Below are positions 7,542 through 15,867 of a stretch of 32,000 nucleotides of DNA, in pieces. Within the stretch, counting starts at the first letter, position 1; every line of letters begins with the position of its first letter. This DNA comes from Acaryochloris marina MBIC11017 (lineage in GTDB: Bacteria > Cyanobacteriota > Cyanobacteriia > Thermosynechococcales > Thermosynechococcaceae). The translations under genes and the position numbers were made by a program. Below the pieces are notes generated by a model. It was not told the DNA's origin. It saw nothing but the letters and a program-made list of their open reading frames with translations, and made no database searches. The DNA lies in NCBI RefSeq assembly GCF_000018105.1, contig NC_009925.1, positions 4,830,001 to 4,862,000 of the forward strand. The letters run 5' to 3'.

Positions 7542-8660
7542 TTGCCATCGGCCTCAATTCTGTACCTGCCCCCTACGTTGCCTGTCGATTCGATCGTTAT
7601 TGTTATGTCACTCCTTACTCGTATGGGTCATATCGAAGACTTATCTTCGGTGATGATCAAGGCTAAGTCACAGCCAAGCTGGACTAGTGCAGGTTTAGAA
7701 ACCAATTCTCACTGGAGAATTACGCTCCCAGAGTCTATATTGTCCTCAACTTTAGTGTTGCATCACTGGTTGGAGGCGAGGGGATATACCTGGCAGTCGC
7801 CTGAAGCAAGGGGGATGAGAATTCAGAATCTTGATCTTCTGGCGAATGTGATGCGTTATCATCTCACCCAAACCACGGGCGTTGTCTTATTGTCTGGGTT
7901 TGATGTCGCTGAATACGGTGAGTCTGCAAGTCGACTGCTCCTGCTGCAGCTGGGCTATGTATTAGGGTCTGTGTTAGATAAACGTGGACTGTTGTATGAC
8001 GTCTGCGATCGCGGCCAGGATCACCGGCAAGCCAATGTTCTCTTTTCCAGTACCTGTACGTCGCCTGGGTACCACACAGACAGCACGGATGCAGACCTGA
8101 TGCCCGGTATTGTATCTTTGCTTTGTTTGCGAACGGCTCGCGAGGGAGGTGTCAACCGCCTAGCCAATACCCTGACTGCCTATCAGCGACTGCTTCGATC
8201 TCAACCCGAGGTGTTACGACGGCTTTGCGAGCCATTTATTCGCGACAAAATCATTGTCGGTGAGGTTGGCACCCGCTCCCACCTCGATCGATTACGAAAT
8301 GCGTTCCCAGTGTTTGAGTGGGGCCGCTGGTATCCAGGGCTGACCTGTCGGTATATGCGCTATTGGATAGAGGCGGGCCACGATAAGGCGGGATTACCTC
8401 TATCGGAGGAGGATCTATTTGTATTGGATCAATTTGAGGCGACCCTCAATCAAGAGGACATTACCTATCAACTTCAGCTCCAACCGGGTGACATGATTTT
8501 TCTGAATAATCACCTGATTGCTCACGACCGCACGGAGTATCTAGATTGGGAAGAGCCAGAAAAGAAGCGACATCTAGTTCGCATGTGGGTTGGGAATGAT
8601 GCGCTTCAGCGTCATGCTTCCAAACCAGATGATATGAAGCTGAACCATCTCTACGGCTAA
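7542..8660 (+). CDS. TauD/TfdA-family Fe(II)/2-oxoglutarate-dependent dioxygenase
   Basis: Facial-triad H-x-D in SPGYHTDSTD, distal His in NNHLIAHDRTEY, and a conserved Arg context in KRHLVRMWV. Overall layout fits PF02668. The track start at 7542 is TTG; the ATG at 7605 (MSLLTRMGH...) or 7623 is more plausible, so the 5' end is uncertain. Confidence 0.82.
   Translation: MPSASILYLPPTLPVDSIVIVMSLLTRMGHIEDLSSVMIKAKSQPSWTSAGLETNSHWRITLPESILSSTLVLHHWLEARGYTWQSPEARGMRIQNLDLLANVMRYHLTQTTGVVLLSGFDVAEYGESASRLLLLQLGYVLGSVLDKRGLLYDVCDRGQDHRQANVLFSSTCTSPGYHTDSTDADLMPGIVSLLCLRTAREGGVNRLANTLTAYQRLLRSQPEVLRRLCEPFIRDKIIVGEVGTRSHLDRLRNAFPVFEWGRWYPGLTCRYMRYWIEAGHDKAGLPLSEEDLFVLDQFEATLNQEDITYQLQLQPGDMIFLNNHLIAHDRTEYLDWEEPEKKRHLVRMWVGNDALQRHASKPDDMKLNHLYG
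8005..8012. repeat. HIP1 octamer GCGATCGC
   Basis: Exact match read in sequence. Confidence 0.95.
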
Positions 8661-8710
8661 ATATTGGGTGTAAGTTAAGTGGGGTTGAGAAGATTTTTAC
8701 AGCCCTACTG

Positions 8711-10402
8711 TTAATCATTCCATTGGGCAATCAACGTGTAAGCTTTTCGCAATTCCTCGGCGAGTGGCTCGGCAAAATCGCTAATCTTCTTATCGTTAGA
8801 CCAGGAGGATGTGATTCGCTGGGCGCGCGGCTTCTTGCGTAAGGATGATGGTGCAGCAGATAGACTCTCTGCATCGAGGTAGTTTTCGATAGTACTTATC
8901 TGTTCATCCTTCTCTGGATACCACAAACCAATGTTCTGTCCCTTTGCCTCCGCCTTCTCGAACTCTGTCTTGATAAAGGTCTTTGCAGCCTGAAACTTCG
9001 ATTTATCCTTCAATTTTCCGTCTGACCCGCGAACTGCATCACTGTCAATCACTACTAGAGCATTTCTAGAGAAGCGGAACATCGCGACAAGTTTCTCCAA
9101 CGCTGCTGTATCTGAAAGGCTGTCTTCTGAAAGAGAAATGCTATCTAGTAGGGAACCCCCATACATTTGAAAATCAAAGTGAATGCCAGGCACGAGCAGT
9201 GGGAGGTTCTTTTCAATTGCATACATCTTGAGCCATTTGCGGATGTAGATGCAATCAGAAGGTCCTTCTACCCAAATGACCCCATTAGTTTGAAGGAGAT
9301 CCGAGCCTTTAGCTCCTAATCCATCGAGGAGAGAACTGGGCATCCCAGTAGCTTCCCGAACTGTAGTGAAACAGGCAATGTACTGTTCAAGAGGCTTAAC
9401 AGGTCCATTTTCTGAAAATCGGTAACGAGTCACCTCTGTCTCATTAGATGAGAACTCAAAAATAGCAGCCGTTTCTTCAAGCTCAATCGCTAAATTAATT
9501 AGTACTGGTGAGTGAGACGCTACAAATATTTGGCTGAGCCAAGAAATGTGCTGCTGCGTAGGAGGGACTATCCTGAATTTGTCACCTTCACTGGGCCATT
9601 TGGTATCCAAGATTGACTGGACTTGGCAAAATGCTTCTTCTTCTTTTGTTGTCCTGTCTTGCTTTCCTCTGACCATAAGCCAAAATATAAAAGTAAAAAG
9701 GCGTCTTATCACACGAGGTTCAAGGTGAAGCTCTGGCTCATCGAATAAAAGGACTGGCTTTCCATTCCTACGAAGAATAGAGGTTATTAGCTTCGCGCAC
9801 TCGCGGACACCCGATGGCAGAGCTGATGGCTCGATCTCGTCAGGACCACTAGGATGCATCCGTCCTTGGGTAAATCGGCCGTTCTTATAGAAGGTGAAGT
9901 GTGCCCCGAAAATAAAAAAGAGCCCAAAATTTAAGAGTGGTAAAGCCGATTCAGCGCGATGAGTAATATCCGTGAGATCCTTCATAAATTGAAGGTCGTT
10001 TGGGATGTTAACAAGATGGGTTTTTAACGAAAACCCCTGCACATCTCCGTGGATGTAGCGCCACACTGGATTTTTCACGTCATACTCAAACAAGATCTCT
10101 TTGTCTAAGGTAGGACCGTCCAGTTCATCTACTTGGGAATACCCGATTCTGAGTATGCCAGAGATATTGGTATCTTGGGACCCAAGGTTATCTGCCAAAT
10201 TGAAGGGAATCTCTGGTTGGTATAGATCTATACTTTTAGCAATTTTACGATAGTTGAACTGCAGTCCGTCGATGATACGAAGCAGATTCGTCTTGCCAGT
10301 CCCATTTGGGCCGATGAGAATATTGAACTGCTTAAGTGGGCCGACTACCTGCCTGGGACCGAACGTAAACAGTCTTCCCAACTCGATTTGCTTGATTTTC
10401 AT
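8711..10402 (-). CDS. ABC/SMC-like ATPase fused to a Toprim-type nuclease domain (OLD-family or fused AriA-AriB/PARIS-like); candidate defence protein
   Basis: 563-aa ORF. N-terminus MKIKQIELGRLFTF plus Walker A GPNGTGKT (aa 31-38). About 180 aa are inserted before a signature-like LPSGVRE (aa 195-201). Walker B VLLFDEPELHLEP (D221/E222). H-loop VASHSP (H297). The C-terminal half has VIWVEGPSD (E379, D383), VVIDSD (D453/D455) and STIENYL (E506), consistent with a Toprim/DUF4435 metal site. Confidence 0.8.
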   Translation of the reverse strand: MKIKQIELGRLFTFGPRQVVGPLKQFNILIGPNGTGKTNLLRIIDGLQFNYRKIAKSIDLYQPEIPFNLADNLGSQDTNISGILRIGYSQVDELDGPTLDKEILFEYDVKNPVWRYIHGDVQGFSLKTHLVNIPNDLQFMKDLTDITHRAESALPLLNFGLFFIFGAHFTFYKNGRFTQGRMHPSGPDEIEPSALPSGVRECAKLITSILRRNGKPVLLFDEPELHLEPRVIRRLFTFIFWLMVRGKQDRTTKEEEAFCQVQSILDTKWPSEGDKFRIVPPTQQHISWLSQIFVASHSPVLINLAIELEETAAIFEFSSNETEVTRYRFSENGPVKPLEQYIACFTTVREATGMPSSLLDGLGAKGSDLLQTNGVIWVEGPSDCIYIRKWLKMYAIEKNLPLLVPGIHFDFQMYGGSLLDSISLSEDSLSDTAALEKLVAMFRFSRNALVVIDSDAVRGSDGKLKDKSKFQAAKTFIKTEFEKAEAKGQNIGLWYPEKDEQISTIENYLDAESLSAAPSSLRKKPRAQRITSSWSNDKKISDFAEPLAEELRKAYTLIAQWND

Positions 10403-10619
10403 GGAACACCTTTTGACGAGTAAGGCCCCGTTCTAGTGCTGCTTGGGTTTTAAAGTAGTGTGGTCGAACATTAGCACTCTCAAAGAATAAAACATCAAGC
10501 TTGGTTGAAGACCGTGAAGATAATGAACATCTCTTCATTGGGCGTTAGGAACTGTAATAAGATTTGGATTAAGGCGTCACAAGTCCCCGCCTATCGTTCA
10601 TTGCAGAGTCTTACTGGTT

Positions 10620-11600
10620 ATGTTTCCCACCCATCGCCCGCGCCGTCTTCGCAGCCATCCCCAATTGCGCCGCATGGTGCAAGAAACCGTTGTCACCACC
10701 AACGATCTGATTTATCCGCTATTTGCCGTGCCGGGTGAAAGCGTGGCTCAAGAAGTCTCATCCATGCCAGGGGTCTACCAGCTTTCCATCGATAAGGTCG
10801 TAGAAGAAGCCAAAGAAGTCTACGACCTGGGCATCCCCGCCGTGATTTTGTTCGGGATTCCCACTGAAAAAGATACGGATGCCACTGGGGCTTGGCATGA
10901 TCATGGTATTGTCCAGAAAGCCTCTACTGCCGTCAAAGAAGCAGTGCCGGATCTAATCGTGATTGTGGATACTTGCCTGTGTGAATACACTCAGCATGGC
11001 CATTGTGGCTATTTAGAAACGGGGGATTTAACGGGCCGGGTTCTCAACGATCCGACCTTGGAGTTGCTGAAGAAAACCGCCGTCTCTCAAGCAAAAGCTG
11101 GGGCTGATATTATTGCGCCTTCTGGGATGATGGATGGATTTGTACAGGCGATACGGGCAGGACTGGATGAAGGAGGATTTGAAGACATTCCGATTATGTC
11201 CTACGCCGCTAAGTATTCCTCTGCCTACTATGGGCCGTTCCGCGATGCGGCTGAATCTGCGCCTCAATTTGGAGATCGCAGAACGTATCAAATGGACCCC
11301 GCCAATTCCCGCGAGGCCATCAAAGAAATTGAATTGGATATCGCCGAAGGGGCCGACATGCTGATGGTCAAGCCTGCTTTGGCATATATGGATATCATCT
11401 GGCAGGTGAAGCAAGCTTCTAACTTACCCGTTGCAGCTTATAACGTGTCTGGTGAATATTCCATGGTCAAAGCTGCGGCCCTCAACGGTTGGGTGGATGA
11501 AGAAAAAGTCGTGATGGAAACCCTAATGAGCTTTAAGCGTTCAGGAGCCGATATGATTCTCACCTATCATGCCAAGGATGCTGCCCGCTGGTTGGGATAG
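10620..11600 (+). CDS. hemB: Porphobilinogen synthase (delta-aminolevulinic acid dehydratase)
   Basis: 326-aa ORF with the canonical N-terminus [23 protein letters not shown]. Cys-rich metal site [14 protein letters not shown]. Active-site lysine contexts SYAAKY and LMVKPAL. Confidence 0.96.
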   Translation: MFPTHRPRRLRSHPQLRRMVQETVVTTNDLIYPLFAVPGESVAQEVSSMPGVYQLSIDKVVEEAKEVYDLGIPAVILFGIPTEKDTDATGAWHDHGIVQKASTAVKEAVPDLIVIVDTCLCEYTQHGHCGYLETGDLTGRVLNDPTLELLKKTAVSQAKAGADIIAPSGMMDGFVQAIRAGLDEGGFEDIPIMSYAAKYSSAYYGPFRDAAESAPQFGDRRTYQMDPANSREAIKEIELDIAEGADMLMVKPALAYMDIIWQVKQASNLPVAAYNVSGEYSMVKAAALNGWVDEEKVVMETLMSFKRSGADMILTYHAKDAARWLG

Positions 11601-11620
11601 AATCAGACTTCGTTGAACTT

Positions 11621-11664
11621 AGAAAGCTGGCCTTTTCTTGTATAAAGGCCAGCTTTCTGCTTTT
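11621..11664 (+). terminator. Rho-independent terminator downstream of hemB, in the gap between convergent genes
   Basis: Perfect 15-bp stem: agaaagctggccttt (11621-11635) pairs with aaaggccagctttct (11644-11658). The loop is 8 nt and the stem is followed by gctttt. Confidence 0.85.
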
Positions 11665-11676
11665 AGCAAGGGGCTG

Positions 11677-12417
11677 CTACCAAGCCATCAACACCTGGCG
11701 TTGTTCCCACAGCATCATGATGCCGCTGACTGCAATAAAGATAAACGTGACTTGTTTAAAAAGGTCGTTACTCATTTTGCTGAGCACCCATTGACCTAAC
11801 CAATTGGCAGGAAATGCCGCCGCCCCAATCACCACGCCATAAATGACATATTCTCTGTTCAGGTTACCTAAGGATGCATAAGCGCACAGCTTAATCACAT
11901 GGGCCAAAATAATATTGGCCGCTTTCGTCGCCACCATTGCTTCCTTTAGCAGTCCGTAATTAATATAGGCCGGGTTCATAATCGGTCCCGTACTGCCAAT
12001 TAGGCCTGAAGCAAAGGAATTCCCAAATCCTAAAGGCAAAAATTGCCAGGTCTTGAGGGTAAAGGTACTTTCCTGATTGCCAAACCAATAGTTCGCCACC
12101 ATCAACAATAAAGAGATGCCGATGACGAACTGCAGCCATTCTAAATTGATGTAGTTCAGGGTAAAGGCCCCCAGAATTGAGCCAACAATCACCCCCGGTA
12201 GCTGCCATAGGGTGACTTCCCACTCAATATCTTCCCAAAAATAAAAGAGTCGCTGGATATTTCCTAACAGCATCCCCGTTGTAATCACGGGAGCAACTGC
12301 CTGGGCACCGTACATAAAACTGACCAGTGGAATCAGCATTAAGGGGCTGCCGCCACCCGCCACCATGCTGATAAACCAGGACAGGAAACTCACCACTCCC
12401 AAAACGACAAAGGGCAT
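11677..12417 (-). CDS. TSUP (TauE/SafE, DUF81) family anion-exporter-like membrane protein
   Basis: 246-aa polytopic hydrophobic ORF. The N-terminal helix contains VAGGGSPLMLIPL, and the two halves show the internal repeat architecture typical of TauE/SafE. Confidence 0.82.
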   Translation of the reverse strand: MPFVVLGVVSFLSWFISMVAGGGSPLMLIPLVSFMYGAQAVAPVITTGMLLGNIQRLFYFWEDIEWEVTLWQLPGVIVGSILGAFTLNYINLEWLQFVIGISLLLMVANYWFGNQESTFTLKTWQFLPLGFGNSFASGLIGSTGPIMNPAYINYGLLKEAMVATKAANIILAHVIKLCAYASLGNLNREYVIYGVVIGAAAFPANWLGQWVLSKMSNDLFKQVTFIFIAVSGIMMLWEQRQVLMAW

Positions 12418-12507
12418 GGAGTTGAAGCCTTAAATGAACCGCAACCTGATTTTAACCCTTTATTAACTTTTGTTGTTGCAATATCGGTGCTTCTCTTGCA
12501 GGTCAGT

Positions 12508-13764
12508 CTACTGGGGAGATTGCTGCTCTAAAAACTTAGCTACGGTTTGGACATCTTTATCGCCCCGACCCGAACAGGAAATAACAATCCGGGGACTGCC
12601 TTCTAGCTGGGGACAGAGGGTTTCCAGATATGCGATCGCATGACTCGTTTCCAGGGCCGGAATAATCCCTTCCAGTTCCGTTAGTCGCTGAAAGGCCGCA
12701 ACAGCCTCTGTATCCGTGACGCTGTAATATTCACAGCGGCCACTATCCTTAAGAAAACTATGCTCAGGGCCCACGCCAGGATAATCCAGTCCCGCACTAA
12801 TAGAATGGGCCTCTAACACCTGACCATCTTCATCTTGTAGCAGATAACTCATGGCCCCGTGCAGCACCCCAGCTTCCCCTTGGGTGAGCGTGGCTGCATG
12901 TTTATCAGTATTAACGCCAGCGCCAGCGGCCTCCACACCAATCATGCGGATTTGAGTATCAGGCACAAACTCATGAAATAAACCCATCGCATTTGACCCA
13001 CCCCCCACGCAGGCGAGCAAGATATCGGGGGTACCATTCCATTGCTCTTGGCATTGCTGGCGAGTCTCTTGGCCAATCACGGCATGGAAATCTCGCACCA
13101 TCATTGGATAGGGGTGGGGACCAGCCACAGAACCCAAAATATAGTGGGTGGTTTCTACGTTAGTCACCCAGTCGCGAATGGCTTCCGAGGTGGCATCCTT
13201 AAGGGTTCCTGTTCCCGCTTCCACCGGATGAACTTCTGCCCCTAATAGCCGCATCCGAAATACATTGAGGGCCTGACGTTCCATATCCTGGACCCCCATA
13301 TAAATCACACAGTCAAAGCCAAAGCGGGCACAGACAGTTGCTGTTGCCACCCCATGCTGTCCAGCGCCCGTTTCAGCAATAATTCGCTGTTTGCCCATCC
13401 GCTTAGCGAGCAAGGCTTGAGCGAGGGCATTGTTGATTTTATGGGCTCCTGTATGGTTAAGGTCTTCTCGCTTTAAATAGATCTGGGGACCACTGCCATC
13501 GGGACGGGCATAGTGGGTGGTTAGCCGCTCGGCAAAATACAGGGGGCTAGGCCGACCTACATAGTCTTTGAGCAGTTGGCTGAGTTCTGCCTGAAACTCT
13601 GGATCGTTTCGGTACTGGGCGAGGGCAGATTCCAGTTCTGCCAGGGCAGGCATCAGAGTTTCGGGGACATATTTCCCACCGTAGGGACCAAAGCGACCCA
13701 AGGCATCAGGATATTGTTGTGCGCCAGAGGATTGGTCAGCAGAGGATAGGGGAGTAACAGCCAC
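12508..13764 (-). CDS. trpB: Tryptophan synthase beta chain
   Basis: 418-aa ORF. PLP-lysine motif [30 protein letters not shown], and N-terminal [19 protein letters not shown]. The start is GTG at 13764-13762. Confidence 0.96.
   Translation of the reverse strand: MAVTPLSSADQSSGAQQYPDALGRFGPYGGKYVPETLMPALAELESALAQYRNDPEFQAELSQLLKDYVGRPSPLYFAERLTTHYARPDGSGPQIYLKREDLNHTGAHKINNALAQALLAKRMGKQRIIAETGAGQHGVATATVCARFGFDCVIYMGVQDMERQALNVFRMRLLGAEVHPVEAGTGTLKDATSEAIRDWVTNVETTHYILGSVAGPHPYPMMVRDFHAVIGQETRQQCQEQWNGTPDILLACVGGGSNAMGLFHEFVPDTQIRMIGVEAAGAGVNTDKHAATLTQGEAGVLHGAMSYLLQDEDGQVLEAHSISAGLDYPGVGPEHSFLKDSGRCEYYSVTDTEAVAAFQRLTELEGIIPALETSHAIAYLETLCPQLEGSPRIVISCSGRGDKDVQTVAKFLEQQSPQ
12632..12639. repeat. 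HIP1 octamer GCGATCGC
   Basis: Exact match read in sequence. Confidence 0.95.
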
Positions 13765-14094
13765 GATGAATACCCAAACAGATGATCAGACACTCATTAT
13801 AGAAAAAGATGGTGTGTCGCTGGATGATTCTTCATGCGTAGTCGACCTATCGACTTGGAAGTTTAGCAAAGGGACCTATTATTCTTGGCTGCATCGCGAA
13901 CTGTGTGGTTGGAAATTATGTATGGTGAGCTGGGTATCAAGGTCCTAGGCCCTTTATCCTAATGGCAAGCTGGCAATATGTTCCGGCATCAAGCCTTGGA
14001 TTCTGTGATGCAGGCAGGCTGATAGATTTACGCTCTCAAGCAATTGTTTGAGCCCTTATGACTGGTATATTCGTTCGCTTTGTAATTAATACTG

Positions 14095-14649
14095 ATGCCC
14101 ATTGTTAATAAAGCAGCTCCATTAATTATTGAGATTCCCAATATTTTGACATTCAAAGAATGTGATGAATTAATGGGGAAGATCAATCAGCTTAACCCTA
14201 GTCTGGCAACGGTTCGTAATGATGGAGAGGCCGAGATTAATACCAATGTACGCAATAATGAGCGAGTTGTTTTCAGCGATTTCTCCCTTGCAGAGAAATT
14301 ATTTTTAAAGGCACAAGAGTACGTCCCGCCAACAATGCAGGGAAGAATCTTGTTGAGCGCTAATGAACGCTTTAGATGCTATCGATATAAAGTTGGCATG
14401 AAATTTAGCCCTCATTATGATGGCTCACTTGAACGGAATGGAAATGAAAAGAGTTATTACTCATTTCTGGTCTACTTAAACGATGATTTTGAAGGTGGAC
14501 AAACAAATTTCCTAACCGAGTCAATATGCTCAATTACGCCTCGAAAGGGTTTTGGTCTTTTGTTTCAGCATCTCATCCTTCATGAGGGGGTTGAGGTATC
14601 TAGAGGTGTGAAATATGTAGCAAGAACAGACTTAATGTATCAGAGGTAA
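14095..14649 (+). CDS. Small 2OG-Fe(II) oxygenase, prolyl 4-hydroxylase-like
   Basis: 184-aa ORF. H-x-D in FSPHYDGS, distal His in FQHLILHEG, basic 2OG-binding residue context in RGVKYVARTDL, and YLNDDFEGGQTNF typical of P4Hc-type enzymes. The gene looks clearly more AT-rich than the neighbouring trpB. Confidence 0.8.
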   Translation: MPIVNKAAPLIIEIPNILTFKECDELMGKINQLNPSLATVRNDGEAEINTNVRNNERVVFSDFSLAEKLFLKAQEYVPPTMQGRILLSANERFRCYRYKVGMKFSPHYDGSLERNGNEKSYYSFLVYLNDDFEGGQTNFLTESICSITPRKGFGLLFQHLILHEGVEVSRGVKYVARTDLMYQR

Positions 14650-14806
14650 ACAGCATGGGGAACGTGGGAAAAGCTCAAGACATCGCAGTGCTATCTGGGT
14701 AAAACTAGGGGCATCACTATCTCTTCTAGACGGTTGAGGACAAGTCATAGAACCTGACTACGCTTTAGAGTTACCCAGCCCTCTGATCTAAGAAGAATGC
14801 TAGATT

Positions 14807-14826
14807 TGTCATACAACCTTATGACA
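14807..14826 (+). promoter_or_regulatory. Operator-like inverted repeat just upstream of vapB
   Basis: Perfect 7-bp arms tgtcata (14807-14813) and tatgaca (14820-14826) with a 6-bp spacer. The repeat ends 8 nt before the antitoxin ATG, which is the usual position for RHH antitoxin autoregulation. Confidence 0.55.
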
Positions 14827-14834
14827 TCTATGCC

Positions 14835-15092
14835 ATGCGTATTAACGCCCGACTTGATGACGAATATGCCTTCAAACTGAATTACCTTCAGCGGCAGACC
14901 GAAAAAAGTGTCACAGAAATTATCAAATTGGCGCTAGATGCTTATTACCAAGAATATGCCCAGCAGCATCCTATCGATCTCCTAACTGAAAGTGGATTTA
15001 TTGGGTGTGGAGAGGCCGAAAGTAATCTATCGACCCATTACAAATTGGACTACGCCGATAGCCTAGAAGAGAAATATGGCCTAACTCAGTGA
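14835..15092 (+). CDS. Type II antitoxin, ribbon-helix-helix (VapB/CopG-like)
   Basis: 85-aa ORF. The N-terminus MRINARLDDEYAFKLNYLQRQTEKSVTEIIKLALDAYY fits a beta-strand plus two-helix RHH fold. The stop overlaps the PIN gene's start (GTGA at 15089-15092). Confidence 0.8.
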   Translation: MRINARLDDEYAFKLNYLQRQTEKSVTEIIKLALDAYYQEYAQQHPIDLLTESGFIGCGEAESNLSTHYKLDYADSLEEKYGLTQ

Positions 15093-15511
15093 TTATCGTC
15101 GATACAGGATTTTGGCTAGCTTTAGCCAACCGTCAGGATAGCTACCACTCCCAAGCCATTCAAGCGTTAACCCCAATTCAAGAACCCCTGATTACGACTT
15201 GGCCTGTCGTCACAGAAACTTGCCATTTTCTGCTGAAGCGTTTGGGGACCTCTGCTCAAGAACAGTTTATTCTCAACCTATCCCAAGAAGCATTTATCAT
15301 CTTTGAGCTGACCCTTGCTCATAGCGCCCGAATACACGAACTTACTAGTCAATATCGAGATCTACCCATGGACCTGGCTGATGCCTCTCTCGTGATTCTT
15401 GCAGAGCATCTTGGACATGGCCGAATTTTGTCCGTTGATGAGCGTGACTTCAACACCTATCGCTGGAAAAACACACATCCTTTTGAGAATCTAATGTTCA
15501 GGACGATCTGA
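15089..15511 (+). CDS. vapC: Type II toxin, PIN-domain ribonuclease (VapC family)
   Basis: 140-aa ORF. N-terminus IIVDTGFWLAL (first acidic residue D5), mid-protein VVTETCHFL (E) and MDLADASLV (D). Size and the 4-nt overlap with an RHH gene are typical of vapBC. The start is GTG. Confidence 0.82.
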   Translation: MIIVDTGFWLALANRQDSYHSQAIQALTPIQEPLITTWPVVTETCHFLLKRLGTSAQEQFILNLSQEAFIIFELTLAHSARIHELTSQYRDLPMDLADASLVILAEHLGHGRILSVDERDFNTYRWKNTHPFENLMFRTI

Positions 15512-15521
15512 AATATCAGCC

Positions 15522-15867
15522 CTACACAGTCTCGAACCAGCCGAATTGTACGAACTGCAGAATATTGAGCGGCCAGTGCTTAACACAATAAGGTGTATCC
15601 TCGGGCCATCGTGCATAGACTTGAGCAAGCCGTTGACTACTCAAGAATTCAATGCCAGCCATAGAGCGCACAAACCTAAGCATAATGCTCTTTCCCCACT
15701 TGACCGGATTGCATAGCACTTGGATCGACCACTTCACCAATCAAGAAACAAGGGCGTTCATACTGGATAAGTCGGATCGTGGGACATAGCGTATAGCCTA
15801 TCGTTGCCTTGTGCAGAAGAGCCTCAATGTAATGATGGGCTGTTGGGATTAACTCGACCTCTGACAA
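15522..15867 (-). pseudogene. Possible frameshifted remnant of an unidentified gene (two overlapping short ORFs in different frames)
   Basis: ORFs 15676-15867 and 15522-15740 lie on the same strand, overlap by 65 nt and are offset by one frame. Neither has a recognisable motif. They sit in a ~700-bp stretch with no intact gene, directly after vapC. Confidence 0.3.

Noticed and set aside
10332-10538. A 68-aa minus-strand ORF overlapping the 5' end of the ATPase-Toprim gene, considered as a small partner protein
   Set aside because: It overlaps the ATPase start by 71 nt in another frame and is highly basic and low in complexity. The ATPase N-terminus at 10402 already matches the canonical beginning of this ATPase family.
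11028-11414. A 128-aa minus-strand ORF within hemB
   Set aside because: It is antisense to an unambiguous hemB frame and has no recognisable features.
13766-13948. A 60-aa plus-strand ORF starting 2 nt from the trpB start codon
   Set aside because: Head-to-head with trpB, it leaves no room for either promoter. It has no motifs and sits where the trpB promoter and 5' UTR must be.
15525-15560. A T-loop-like GGTTCGAG on the minus strand, considered as a tRNA or tRNA fragment marking an integration site
   Set aside because: The flanking bases cannot form a T-stem (only one Watson-Crick pair plus wobbles), and no acceptor or anticodon arms are evident.
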